Shown here: positions 1-11,596 of the stretch, in pieces
Layout of the letters: each line of letters starts with the position of its first letter
Numbering within the stretch: the stretch's first letter is position 1
Source: Octopus bimaculoides
Lineage: Eukaryota
Reading direction: 5' to 3'
NCBI RefSeq assembly: GCF_001194135.2
Contig: NC_068988.1
Coordinates: 73,835,839-73,883,620 of the forward strand
Length of the DNA: 47,782 nucleotides
The notes under the pieces: model-generated
Database searches by the model: none
Told to the model about the DNA's origin: nothing
Seen by the model: the letters and a program-made list of their open reading frames with translations, nothing else
Position numbers and translations under genes: made by a program

Positions 1-176
1 ATTTACTTTATATAGATATGAGTTGAAAACTTTCTTCTAGCATTCCACTTAATGTCTATGTTCCATGCTGGCATGGATTGGAGAGTTATTAAGGTAGAAA
101 TATGGTATCGTAGCTACTAACAGTTGAGGGTTGCGTAGTCTAGGCGGCGTTTTTAGATTTCATTATTCTCTTTAAC

Positions 177-203
177 CCAGGCAAAGCCGGGTATTTCTGC
201 TAG
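177..203 (+). mobile_element. Helitron-like 3' terminus (hairpin + CTAG)
   Basis: acccaggcaaagccgggtatttctgCTAG followed by T; short GC hairpin shortly before CTAG; same motif at 34615-34644 and (minus) 47578-47607. Confidence 0.5.
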
Positions 204-1514
204 TTGTAAATAAATACCAAAAATTTCATGATATTAACGGGTGCAGTGTTTATCTTTACTTTAAAATTTCTATCAGAATTGTTTACCTTTAAAGTGAAAA
301 AACAAAACAGACGTTTATGACAGACATGTAAAACATATTTCTGTGTATTTTCATTCGGATAAGGTGTAGAAATTGTTGCACGCATGCACACACAAACAAA
401 AAATTTCCAGACGTTTAGCTGTTATTTTTAGCGTATTGAGTTTCATGGTGAGGGCTTCACATGCTGTGATCCTTTTGCTGTTTCACTATAAATCTATACA
501 TGCACAAACGGACAAAATAGCTGTTCATTTTCACTTTTAGACAGTGAGATGGGGTGGCGATGGGGGTGTGGATCAATTTTGGAGTTTTATTCTTACTCTC
601 CGTATTTTTCCACGTAGATCGAAAAAGAAAATTTCAAAAAAAGTTAAAAATTAAAAATTTTGGGGGGAATTTTGAAAACGTGGTTTTTTGTATATTTGGA
701 ATCTCCATCATTGAAAATATAGGAATCTGGTGAAAAAAAAATTGGAAAGGTTGGTTTTGGTGATGGGGATTGATTGTGCGCCAGGTTCACCGAAAAAACT
801 TACTAACAGAAGTATGCTATCAAAATAAATTGTCTTTTACACACATACCTTTGTTAAATCACTGGATAAATCCCAGCAATGACCTCAGGCTCTCCAATAT
901 TTTAAAATTATAAACAGAAGCAATGGGGAGGAGGTAAAGAAAAATCATAAATTTTCAATTTTTTTAAATAGAATAAATGTGTGAGGAGAAAAATATTAAA
1001 AACATCACATTTATTTGTATCAATCATTAGAAGTTTCATTTTTGATTTGTTGAAAATCAAAATCTTACCTCTCTTATTACTATGTTCCCATTATGGGGTA
1101 GCCATGTGGTTTGGTCGTTGCAGTGCACCCTCACATCTGCCCCACCACTTATACCAGAAACCTTTCTTCAGTACTAAAAACCTGCATGGAAAGCTTTCAT
1201 CAATCCTCACTCCCTGTCACTGGCATCAACACACCAGCAGCGAAAGTATTACAATATAAAAGGCATAACTAGCTCACTTGCATCAGATATATGATAAGTA
1301 TACATACTAGTGGAGTAATTACTGGCACCACTTATCTTTGTATAAACAATCATGTATACCACACCTTCTTCTGGTAGATGCAGCAAGTGTGAATTGAATG
1401 ACTGATGGTAAATTAAAAGCAGGGTTAAATTTATATACACATGTTGGCAAGCAACCATGCAAACCTTATTCTTTTCAAATGCTGAATATTGTCCCCCATT
1501 CCCCTGTTCCCTCT

Positions 1515-1680
1515 TGCCACCCCTTCATCATCATCATCATCGCTTAACATCCACCTTCCATGCTAACATGGGTGGGACAGTTTTACAAGAGCTGGCCAGG
1601 CAGAAGCCTGCACCAGACTTCTGCAACTGTTTCGGCAAGATTTTTACAGTTGGATGCCCTTCCTAACACCAAACACTCAG
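1515..1680 (-). mobile_element. RTE LINE 3' tail fragment
   Basis: Reverse complement of the ...gaagggcatcca...catgyNagcatggaa...(gat)n tail that ends the RTE copies at 20833 and 31543. Confidence 0.75.
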
Positions 1681-1769
1681 CAGAATATAGAGAGACAGAA
1701 ACAGGCATCTTGCTGTAGAGACTCTATATACAAGGTTACCCAGCCATGGAGAGAGAGAGAGATTTTGTT

Positions 1770-2125
1770 GCCAACAGATAGAACTTTCGCTGTTCTGTTC
1801 TAATTCTAGCGATTACACTTTCAGAACATCCTCCTCCACTGCTAATTATGTCACCTAGGTAACAGAAGCTACCGCTAAGGAATCTCCAGTGCATTTGAGA
1901 AAATCAATTTCCTGTGTGATCTGAGAGTTTATGACACCTGTGCATTCTCCACAAATAAAAATTACTTTCTCTGTTAAACTTACAGCAATTTCACTGCACC
2001 TCCTGTGTGTTCATAGCTTGCACTGGGTTCACTGTATTGAACTACTGCCTACACCTTTCCTACATATTAAGTAGGGCAATCTACATGACAGGGGTAGGGT
2101 TCTGTCTGTTTTCTTGCTTATTAGT
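1770..2125 (-). mobile_element. RTE LINE ORF2 fragment (post-RT Cys-rich/PHD-like region), decayed
   Basis: rc reads ctaataagcaagaaaacagac...atgtaggaaaggtgtaggc...cagtgcaagcta...aggaggtgcagtg, collinear with 12060-12400 and 30630-30950. Confidence 0.75.
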
Positions 2126-3299
2126 CAAAAACATATACATCGAACAATAATATAAGATAAATACCATGACAGCTAACTTATACATACCTTACCTTGAACA
2201 TTAATGTAATGTATAGATATACCACAACTGCTAAAATATACATACACTGAATTTTCGATAAATATTTACCTAACATATAATATATTCATGCATTGAACTT
2301 AATGTAGGATATTTAGTAAAAGTGATATATATATTTGTGTATATTTATATCACCAATGCAAAGTACACTTTATTCATCAATATTTTCCACACGATACCTG
2401 GAAACCATGACATACCGAGAAAGATATACAATATCCTTTATTTAAAAGAATAAAAAGAAAGAAAAAAACTAAGAAGAACAGTTAAATGTTTCTGTTGTTG
2501 AATCATTTTATAGTTCCCATGAATTGGAAGATCTTATTTATGGTCGGTGGATCATTGAAAATAAATTGTACCTCCAACTTTGGTAGCTTTACAAAGCCCA
2601 TTTTTAAAATACCTTCTTTCACAGACTGGTAATTTCAGCATTGAACAATTTAATATCAGTTTTTTTTTTGTTTTTGTCTCGACAATGACATGAAGGTGAT
2701 TCTGTACTACCTGTTTGTGACAGAATATATTTTAAAGGAATACAACCCATTTGAGGTCAACAAAGCCTTAGTTAACCTTGCTCAGTCTCTGATACACTTT
2801 GCATGTTGATAGATCTGGCTGAAATAATGGGAGGCTAAAGTTCAATAGTTTATCTCTTGATTCTTTCTAATATTTTTTTCTACTTTCGACAAGTTATGCT
2901 TGTACTGAATGCTTTGATCTGTGAAAGATTTGGAATATAGTCTATATCTATTATTGTTTTTTTGTCTTTCCTTTTTGCAAATTCATCTTTCCTGTTTTCC
3001 TTTAATATATGTATGGTCTGGTATCAAAACTATTGTTACTTGGTTGTTATTTTCACTAAATAATTATCGTTTTTAGAATATTTTTGATTATTTCAATTTA
3101 GCTTCTGTTTCTTGATTGAAATAGTTCTAGATTGAAAAGATTATAAGTGACCAGAAAAAGTTTTATTAGTGTTTCTTTACCAGATCATTTCCCACCACTC
3201 TACATCAAATATTAGAAAATCATAACACAATCTGACGATTATATTTATATTCATATTTTGAAAGATCCAAGTAACCCACACCCTCTTTATTGCCAGAGT

Positions 3300-3900
3300 A
3301 TGACCTTGGACAGCAATATAGGTGATAGTGTGGGTTAGTACAAGGTCTATCAATGCAATGATGTGTTCCGACAGAAAGCTTTCAATTCATTGGTGGTCAC
3401 ACATAACTGATGTCACATATTAAATTACATTCATAGATCTCAATGCCAAGGCATCATCACTGAGTGACATTAGGAATCAGTTCTCCAGTAGATGAAGTTG
3501 TACAAAAGATATTACTAATGAAATGAGGAAGGGAGACCACTATTGGGTGACATAGAGCAGTTTTGTTGTATATCAGATATACAGGCAACTGTGAGGTGGG
3601 AGACAGACAAGGTCTATAACATATCAGCATGTACAGTAGCTGAATTAGTGAATAATGAGGCAGGAGAAAGAGTCAGGGTGTTGGAGAAAGTAGGTGTTGA
3701 CAACTCCATCACTGTTGATTAGTTGGAAGAGTGACAGATCAATAGTTTTTAGGCTCAGAAACATTGCTTTTCTTGAGAATGAAACATATTACAGCATATT
3801 TCCACAGATTTTGATGAGGATGGGGGCTAGATATGTTATGTAATGAAAGATACTATGTCAGCATCATTAACTCCCAATCATTATGTATCAATTAGATTGG
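3300..3900 (-). mobile_element. Highly decayed non-LTR reverse transcriptase (CR1/L2/Jockey-like)
   Basis: Minus strand gives ILKKSNVSEPKNY*SVTL (RT start motif PIPKKGxxSDPxNYRPISL), then an FLI-FISNI-like and a DD-like motif, with many stops and frameshifts. Confidence 0.5.
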
Positions 3901-4114
3901 AAAAGGAGAGTTTTAGCAAGTTTGGACATTACGGCTTTGAAAACAATATGTAGAAACTTTCTCCAAAGAATTACTGCTTAAGGATCCAGCTTGGTGGAAG
4001 AGTCGAGTAAAATGAATTTCAAATTTTGGCAGAGATCCCTTTTGCAAGAAACCAAAAGTAACAGCTACTATTTCCTTTTGGACAATATCAACACAAAGTT
4101 TGTAATAAGTTATT

Positions 4115-4265
4115 CCATCCCGAAGGGCATCCAGCTGTAGAAACTCTGCCAAATCAGATTGGAGCCTGGTGTAGCCATCTGGTTTCACCAGTCCTCAGTC
4201 AAATCGTCCAACCCATGCTAGCATGGAAAGTGGACGTTAAACGATGATGAATGAATGAATGAATG
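4115..4265 (+). mobile_element. RTE LINE 3' tail fragment with (GAAT)n end
   Basis: gaagggcatccagctgtagaaactctgccaaatcagattggagcctgg...gcatggaaagtggacgttaaacgatgat, nearly identical to 20695-20830. Confidence 0.85.
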
Positions 4266-4288
4266 AAGCAAAGAAACACACTACCTTC

Positions 4289-4319
<31 letters not shown>

Positions 4320-4351
4320 TTTGTCTAAATGTACTCTTATTATATATACAT

Positions 4352-4860
4352 AGAGAAAAACAATTTGTTTTAAATCTCTGAGCAAGAGATATACAGTAAC
4401 AGTACCGAATAGTAAAGCTTATATGCCAACAGAATGTGTGGCAGTCCTATAAAGGACGATGTTACTGTTGTTTTAGCCCCAGGAAAATATCTTTTCCAGC
4501 TGACTATCGACACACAATTTGTGTCCGTATAACATTTGCACCCAAAGATTTAAATCAAATTCTTTTTTTTCTATACGAGATCAGCAACTGTGTGTTACTT
4601 AAAGAATATATAGTATTTGTGAGTGGAGAGAGCTTTTGTCGCTAGCTTGTGGTTTTCTCACACTAAGGACAGGTAACCACCCAGAAAGCTAGGTCTATAT
4701 CATGTAAGGCTAGAGATAAGAGCGATGACCTCACTTGCAAATTCAAGGGACACAAATTGTGTCGATAGCCAGCTGGAAAAGATGTTTTCCTAGGGCAAAA
4801 ATAACAGTAACATTGTCCTTTATAGGACTGCCACATTCTGTTGGCATATAAACTTTACTA
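4352..4860. mobile_element. Retrozyme-like repeat locus 1 (inverted block plus forward unit with HHR)
   Basis: 4400-4527 is the reverse complement of 4748-4860; internal part matches 8416-8600; carries HHR motif at 4657-4701; both ends abut (TA)n. Confidence 0.7.
4657..4701 (+). ncRNA. Type I hammerhead ribozyme, degenerate copy (family A)
   Basis: ctcaca CTAAGGA caggt-aacc-accca GAAA gctagg TC tatatc; core G5A, helix I 3' strand lost. Confidence 0.65.
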
Positions 4861-5014
4861 TATATGTATGCATGTGTATATATATATATATANNNNNNNN
4901 NNNNNNNNNNNNNNNNNNNNNNNNNNNNNNNNNNNNNNNNNNNNNNNNNNNNNNNNNNNNNNNNNNNNNNNNNNNNNNNNNNNNNNNNNNNNNNNNNNNN
5001 NNNNNNNNNNNNNN

Positions 5015-5044
5015 GAGTTTCATGTTCCCGTTCATCGGACAGTT
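5015..5044 (-). ncRNA. Partial hammerhead-like motif truncated by assembly gap (family B)
   Basis: rc: aactgt CCGATGA acg-ggaa-cat GAAA ctc[N gap]; one core change (U4C) and one helix II mismatch. Confidence 0.4.
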
Positions 5045-5389
5045 TTGTTAGAAATGGGAAAGGAATAACAATGCAATCAAAAGTGATATAAAATTTAAAA
5101 CACAAGGATCCGTTTGATTGGTTGTTTCAAATAATGGTCATGGATGCGTAATGAACAAAACAAATGAATTTAATATAGATTCATCCTATTTTTAAAAAAT
5201 ATCGAAGAAAACCTTAAATAGAAAAATGGGCTCAAAATACATATTGTAAATAATTAATTATATTCGAATTAACACATTAAAATCAAATCAAATAAAATCA
5301 AATCAAATAAAATAAAATATAAGCTGCATTCAAAATAAAATAAAATTACAATAGCATATACGCATACTAGGCTATCCACAACATATATA

Positions 5390-6120
5390 TATGTATATAT
5401 ATACATCAAAATACACAGATGCATACGCACAGACAATCTACTTATATAGGTATATATTTGCAAGGCACAAATATATACATGAATACAAATTTATACACAT
5501 ATACATACACACGTATTATAGTTTGCGCACGAAAAAACTTATGCGATGGTAACAAAAATTGTATCTTAAGCTGTGGAGTGGGGGGGGGTAAAGAGTAACG
5601 TATCTATAGTAACGTTATTAATATAGAAAAGGGGGAAAGTGTGGTTGTCATGAGGAAGGAAAGGAAGAAAGAAAGAGAAAAAGAAAGAAAGACAGAAAAG
5701 GAAGAAAAGAGAGAAAGGTGGGAATGGGAAGAAAGAAGTAGAGAGAGAAAATGAGCAAGAACGTATGTATATAGTAAACCTGCATAAAATTTAGACTGCG
5801 TATATATGTGTATACAAAAATGTATATAGCCTCACGTATATAGATACATATGTGGATATGTACGCAAATACTCGCGAACATAACCGTATACATGCGTATG
5901 CACACATTCAAGTATGTGTGAGTGTGAACCTAAGCGCACATTCCCATATATAACATAGATGCACACACGCGAATAGATGCATGTATGTGTAAATAAATAT
6001 AAGCATATACTCTTACCCATGTATACACAAAAACATACACGCACGAAACTGCATATGCACAAGTGCAAACCCAGGCCCTATATGTGAGCGCAGACGCACG
6101 CATATGAATACGTAAGTGTT
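5390..6120. repeat. (TA/CA)n-rich and GA-rich low-complexity tract
   Basis: Degenerate tatata/cacaca arrays and gaaaga purine run at 5650-5760. Confidence 0.8.
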
Positions 6121-6490
6121 GTTACAATACAGACATCTACATAAAAAACCCTTTTAGATCTCAGCGTATATATGCAGACAACTTTTTAAGAAACTGCTGG
6201 GTGTATAAAAGTTAAAATCGGGCGAAAATACATGCATAATAGAATTCAATATGTCGAATCGTCCATAAAAATGGTAAAATTTGCATACAAAGTGTTTTAA
6301 AATAAATAGAAGAGAATGAAGTAAAAAGTAAAAACAAGAGAGAAGAAAAAACTATGTATATAACAGTTGAAGGTTTTCTTAAAATGACGTAGGGGTCTAT
6401 ACAAAATTCTTACAACGCTAAATAAATCATTTATAATGCGGTACCAATCCAATAGTAAGGAGTCAAACATTATCAAAAAAATATATATAT

Positions 6491-6902
6491 AGGCGAAGGA
6501 GTGGCTGTGTGGTAAGTAGCTTGCTTACCAACCACATGGTCCCGGGTTCAGTCCCACTGCGTGGCACCTTGGGCAAGTGTCTTCTACTATAGCCTCGGGC
6601 CGACCAAAGCCTTGTGAGTGGATTTGGTAGACGGAAACTGAAAGAAGCCCGTCGTATATATGTATATATATATGTATGTGTGTGTATATGTTTGTATGTC
6701 TGTGTTTGTCCCCCCAACATCGCTTGACAACCGATGCTGGTGTGTTTATGTCCCCGTAACTTAGCGGTTCGGCAAAAGGAGGCTGATAGAATAAGTACTA
6801 GGCTTCCAAAGAATAAGTCCTGGGGTAGATTTTCTCGACTAAAGGCGGTGCTCCAGCATGGCCGCAGTCAAATGACTGAAACAAGTAAATTAATAAAAGA
6901 AT
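6491..6902 (+). mobile_element. tRNA-derived SINE (octopus-type, internal TA/TG microsatellite)
   Basis: Pol III A box (tggctgtgtggtaag) and B box (ggttcagtccc) head, body tggcaccttgggcaagtgtctt..., A-rich tail; near-identical inverted copy at 41249-41637. Confidence 0.9.
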
Positions 6903-6904
6903 AC

Positions 6905-7315
6905 TATCCATACGGTATATTACTTGCCAACATTTTAAATTTGGAGGCATGTCTACATGCATTTAAAAGTTCGCGTCTTTGGTTTAGCGCCTTCTTATCT
7001 TCGAATAAAATATTCAGTTTTTCCAATAAACAAAGATCGCATTTCAATGGTCTTTTATGGGCACTGTGTCTGTAAGGTGATGCTCTACCTAAAATCCTCT
7101 ATGTCACGTTGAAAGGCTGGGCTCCATTTTCCTTTAATTGCCAGACGTATTTTGCCAGGCTATCTAAAAGAATTTTTGTGCGAATACAGCCTGGTTTTGA
7201 AAGAATTTTCTGTAGCCCCTGTATAAGTTCTATAATCGTGCGAGCCTTCTATCTGGACTTTGGCCCTATATACGATACCAAAGGTAGTGTGTTGCTTACG
7301 GGATGGAACAACTAA
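6905..7315 (-). mobile_element. Penelope-like element, GIY-YIG endonuclease C-terminal fragment
   Basis: rc translates GIVYRAKVQIEGSHDYRTYTGATENSFKTRLYSHKNSFR/SLAKYVWQLKENG...*RILGRASPY...KCDLCLLEKLNILFEDKKALNQRRELLNACRHASKFKML; one frameshift, one TAG. Confidence 0.9.
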
Positions 7316-7384
7316 ATTATATATATATACCCAAGTGATATGTTGTTATATTGTTTGTTCTAGACAACATATATACACTACCTT

Positions 7385-8022
7385 ATATAAGGGCCTTTCC
7401 CTTGGAATGAAAGGCAGATTGTATGATACCTGTGTGCAGTGAAACATGGGCTGTAACCACTGAGGATACACATAGGCTGGAATGAAATGAAGCTTGTATG
7501 ATTTGCTAGATGTGCAATGTCAGTGTGCATGTATGGCAGAGTGTAAGCACCTTGAGAGAAAATTCAGATGTGGTGTGCAAGAGAGACAATTGTGCTGGTA
7601 TGGTCATGTGATGCATATGCATGAGGATAGCTGTATAAAGAAATGCTGATCTTTAACTGTGGAGGGAACTTAAGGAAGACGTATATCCGAGAAGACATGG
7701 GACAAGGCGCTGAAGCATGATATTCAAACGTTGAGCTTCACAGAGGTGATGACAAATGACTGAAACCTTTGGTGATATGCTGCCCTTGAGAACACTCATC
7801 AAGCCAGCGTTACATAACTGGCACCCATGACAGTGATACATAAAAGCAGCTGTGCCAGTGGAACATAAAAAGCACCCATTACACTCTTGAAGTGGTTGGC
7901 ATTAAGAAGGGCATCCAGCCATAGGATGCATGCCAAATCAGACTGGAACCTGGTGCAGCTCTCTGGTTTACCAGTTCCATCTAACCCATGCCAGCATGGA
8001 AAGCAGACACTTGATGATGATG
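7385..8022 (+). mobile_element. RTE LINE 3' fragment (ORF2 C-terminus, 3'UTR, (GAT)n tail)
   Basis: KGLSLGMKGRLYDTCV; WYGHVMHM motif; tail matches the other copies. Confidence 0.85.
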
Positions 8023-8119
8023 GTGTTATATAGATACATACAGCTGATATATTGTCATATTTACTCTAAATATCATATTTACACTACCCTACAACTGATG
8101 TGTCCATATAGCATTTGCA

Positions 8120-8157
8120 CTCACAGAACTAGGTTTCTGGGTGGTCCTCAGTGTGAG
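8120..8157 (-). ncRNA. Type I hammerhead ribozyme, helix II-deleted copy (family A)
   Basis: rc: ctcaca CTGAGGA ccaccca GAAA cctagt TC tgtgag; helix I perfect 6 bp, core intact, 5' strand of helix II missing. Confidence 0.7.
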
Positions 8158-8497
8158 AAAACCACAAGCTAGTGACAAAAGCTTTCTCCATTCGCAAACA
8201 CTATATATTCTCTAAGCGACAGTCACTGATCTCGTATAGAGAAAAACAAATTGTGTGTTGATAATTACTGGAAAAGATGTTTCTCTGGGGCTAAAATAAC
8301 AGTAACAGTGTCCTTTATAGCACTGCCACATTCTGTTGGCATATAAACGTTACTACTTGGTACTATTACTGTATATCTCTCACTCAGAGATTTAAAACAA
8401 ATTGTTTTGCTCTTTACGATATCAGCAACTGTGTGTCACTTAAAGAATATGTAGTATTTGCGAGTGGAGAGAGCTTTCATCACTAGCTTGTGGTCTT

Positions 8498-8542
8498 CTC
8501 ACAGTGAGGATGAGTAACCACTCAGAAACCTAGGTCTGTGAG
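8498..8542 (+). ncRNA. Type I hammerhead ribozyme, near-intact copy (family A)
   Basis: ctcaca GTGAGGA tgagt-aacc-actca GAAA c-ctag-g TC^tgtgag; helices I (6 bp), II (5 bp) and III with palindromic CUAG loop; single core change C3G; predicted cleavage after 8536. Confidence 0.8.
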
Positions 8543-8989
8543 TATCACTTAAGGCTAGAGATGGGAGCAATGACATCCCTTACAAATGCTGTATGGACAC
8601 AAATTGTGTGTCGATAACCAGCTGGAAAAGATGTTTTCCTGGGGCTAAAACAACAGTAATATCATCTTTTATAGGACTGCCACATTCTGTTGGCATATAA
8701 ACTTTACTATTCAGTACTGTTACTGTATATTTCTCGTTCAGACATTGAAAACAAATCGTTTTTCTCTCTATATATATATTTTCTAATCACTGTTACAAAA
8801 TATGTGATACCTGATGTTTTTATTTTGTTTATGTTGACCGTAGTTTAAAAACCTGCATTTGTGACACTTTATCATCTATGATTTCTTGAACAAATAGGTG
8901 AGTGGCAAACAGGTAGAAAAGCATAGGTTTCCTTACAACCTCCCAAGTGTTGATTCTATGAGAAAATGCACCCAGGATACTGTGAAATT

Positions 8990-9150
8990 ATTGGTAGTGG
9001 GAAGGACATCTGCCCATAGAAACTAAATCAAAATTACATGTACAAGTGTCAGTCTATGATAGCAGTGACTCTTAATAAGAACTGACTTGGACCATGATCC
9101 TTCCAACCCATGCCAGGTTGGAAAGCAGATGTAAGACGCTGACAATGATG
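8990..9150 (+). mobile_element. Diverged RTE 3' tail
   Basis: ggaaggacatc...ccaacccatgccaggttggaaagcagatgt...gatgag. Confidence 0.55.
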
Positions 9151-9367
9151 AGTATTCTGAAATAATGACTTTATTGTATTATCACAGTAGTAAGTTATGT
9201 CATCAGAGTTGTGGTTATATAGTTTGGGAGGTTGTTATCATACTGTTACTTCTTTCTAGTGTCAATACATTTAAGGTTATATATTTCTTCATGGAATTTA
9301 TGGTATTATGTTTATTGGACTGTATGAATATACAGGAGTCATTAAGTGATGTCTTTAAGAGAATATA

Positions 9368-11161
9368 TTACCACATATCACAGGAATATAACTTCTCTTC
9401 CATATGAATGTGTTTGTGTATATTTAAGTTACTATTAATATTGAATGATTTACCACAGACATCACAGTGATATGGTTTTTCACCTGTATGAATTCGAACA
9501 TGTTTATTTAAGACATCACTAACGGAGAATGATTTACCGCAGATATCACAGTGATATGGTTTCTCCCCAGTATGAATACGTCTGTGTTTAGTTAAATCTC
9601 CCTTTCCAGAGAATGATTTAGCACAGATATCACATTGATATGGCTTTTCTCCAGTATGGGTACGTTTGTGTTTAGTTACATCACTATTTTGAGAGAATGA
9701 TTTACCACAGATATCACAATGATATGGTTTTTCTCCTGTATGAGTACGTTTGTGAATAATTAAGTGACTTGTTTGAGAGAATGATTTATTACAGATATCA
9801 CAGCCATATGGTTTCTCTCCTGTATGAGTATGTTTGTGAATAACTAAGTGAATTCTTTGAAAGAATGATATACCACAGATATCACATTGAAATGGTTTCT
9901 CACCTGTATGAATATGTTTGTGAGTGGTTAAAGTACCTCCTTCAGAGAATGATTTACCACAGATATCACAGTGATATGGCCTCTCTCCTGTATGAGTATG
10001 TTTGTGTCTAGTTAAGCTGCTTCCTCTGGAGAATGATTTACTACATATATCACACTGATATGTATTTTCTCCTGTATGCATTTGTTTGTGAATAGTGAAG
10101 TGACTTCTTACAGAGAATGATTTACCACAGGCATCACAGTGATATGGCTTCTCTCCTGTATGAATGCTTTTGTGAATATTTAAGGCATTTCCATTAGAGA
10201 ATGATTTACTACAAATATCACAGTGATATGGCTTCTCTCCTGTATGAATTCGTTTGTGTCTAGTTAAGCTGCTTCCTCCAGAGAATGATTTATTGCAGAT
10301 ATCACAGTGATATGGCTTCTCTCCTGTATGTGTACGTTTGTGGGTAATTAAGTGATCATTTACAGAAAATGATTTACCACAGATATTACACTGATATGGC
10401 CTCTCTCCTGTATGAATATATCTATGCCTAATCAAGTGACCTTTTTGAAAGAATGATTTACCACAGATATCACAGTGATATTCTTTCACTCCTGTATGAA
10501 TATATTTGTGTTTAGTTAAATTACTTCCTTCTGAGAATGACTTACCACAGATTTCACAGTGATATGCCTTCTGACCAGTATGAATGCGTTTGTGGGCAAT
10601 CAAGCTGCTTCCTCCAGAAAATGATTTACCACAGATACCACAATGATATGGCTTCTCTCCTGTATGAATTCGCTTGTGAGTAATTAAGTGATCCTTTTGA
10701 GAGAATGATTTACCACAAATATCACAGTGATATGGCTTCTCTCCCGTATGAATGTGTTTATGTCTATTTAGGGTATTTCCTTGAGAGAATGATTTACCAC
10801 AAACATTACAGTGATAGGGCTTTTCTCCTGTGTGAATGCGTTTGTGAGTAGTTAAATCACTACTACGAGAGAATGATTTAGCACAGATATCACAGTTATA
10901 TGGTTTTTCTCCAGTATGAATACGTATGTGCTTAGTTAAATCACTACTTCCAGCAAATGATTTACCACAGATATCACAGTGATGTTTCTCTCCTGTATGA
11001 ATATGTTTGTAACTTGTTAGATAACCTTTCTGAGAGAATGATTTTTTAGAGATATCACAGCTGTATGATGATTTTCCTTTTTCTTCCAGTATCTCATTAG
11101 GAAAATCAATCCTTTTAGACTGTGTTTTACCATAAACCTGAGCCTCACATAATTCCATCAT
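9368..11161 (-). CDS. C2H2 zinc-finger array protein (597 aa; 19 intact fingers, 1 degenerate N-terminal finger, truncated terminal half-finger)
   Basis: Uninterrupted ORF of CDICGKSF-x5-L-x2-H-x3-H TGEKPY repeats; first in-frame ATG after an upstream TAA; no KRAB/SCAN/ZAD-like N-terminus visible. Confidence 0.95.
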   Translation of the reverse strand: MMELCEAQVYGKTQSKRIDFPNEILEEKGKSSYSCDISKKSFSQKGYLTSYKHIHTGEKHHCDICGKSFAGSSDLTKHIRIHTGEKPYNCDICAKSFSRSSDLTTHKRIHTGEKPYHCNVCGKSFSQGNTLNRHKHIHTGEKPYHCDICGKSFSQKDHLITHKRIHTGEKPYHCGICGKSFSGGSSLIAHKRIHTGQKAYHCEICGKSFSEGSNLTKHKYIHTGVKEYHCDICGKSFFQKGHLIRHRYIHTGERPYQCNICGKSFSVNDHLITHKRTHTGEKPYHCDICNKSFSGGSSLTRHKRIHTGEKPYHCDICSKSFSNGNALNIHKSIHTGEKPYHCDACGKSFSVRSHFTIHKQMHTGENTYQCDICSKSFSRGSSLTRHKHTHTGERPYHCDICGKSFSEGGTLTTHKHIHTGEKPFQCDICGISFFQRIHLVIHKHTHTGEKPYGCDICNKSFSQTSHLIIHKRTHTGEKPYHCDICGKSFSQNSDVTKHKRTHTGEKPYQCDICAKSFSGKGDLTKHRRIHTGEKPYHCDICGKSFSVSDVLNKHVRIHTGEKPYHCDVCGKSFNINSNLNIHKHIHMEEKLYSCDMW

Positions 11162-11460
11162 TTTTTTTCTCTTACTGCAATATACAGATATTTTTCTTAT
11201 TTTCCTTGTTACATTTTATTCCAAACAAATATTTCTTCTGCTATATTTGTATAAACTGTTTTATTTCTCTATATCTGAAGATGCTGCAAACTCTTTTGTA
11301 ACTTGGGACAATTTTGATTAGATTTAAACTAATCTTGTACAGATTCTACACAGTAATTCCACTACATATTTATATAAAAAAAAAGGTTCTATTTTTTCTG
11401 TTTAGATATTGATGATGTATTTGATGTAAAGAGTTCTTTTAATCCAATGATACCTGATAT

Positions 11461-11480
11461 TCTGAAATAAAAGAGAAAGA
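11461..11480 (-). other. Splice acceptor for the ZNF1 main exon
   Basis: rc ctttctcttttatttcAG|aatatcagg; homologous acceptor in the paralog at 26894. Confidence 0.75.
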
Positions 11481-11596
11481 GTATAAGATATGCAAAATAT
11501 TCAAAATTCAATAGTAGACATTTTACTCCATTTCTATATTGATAAACTATACATATAAACATTTATCTCAACAGTTGAATTATTTCTTAATTTGTT

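Larger units (their letters stand above)
8101..8770. mobile_element. Retrozyme-like repeat locus 2 (inverted HHR block plus tandem ~353-bp units)
   Basis: caaattgtgtg..gata block starts at 8247 and 8600 (period 353); 8120-8237 is rc of 8416-8542; HHR motifs on both strands; ends in (TA)n. Confidence 0.75.

Noticed and set aside
6498-6560. tRNA gene
   Set aside because: A and B boxes are present but there is no acceptor stem or cloverleaf, and it continues into a SINE body found in multiple copies.
9368-11161. 84-bp periodic repeats as a CRISPR-like array
   Set aside because: They are coding C2H2 finger units in a eukaryotic gene; no spacers or cas genes.
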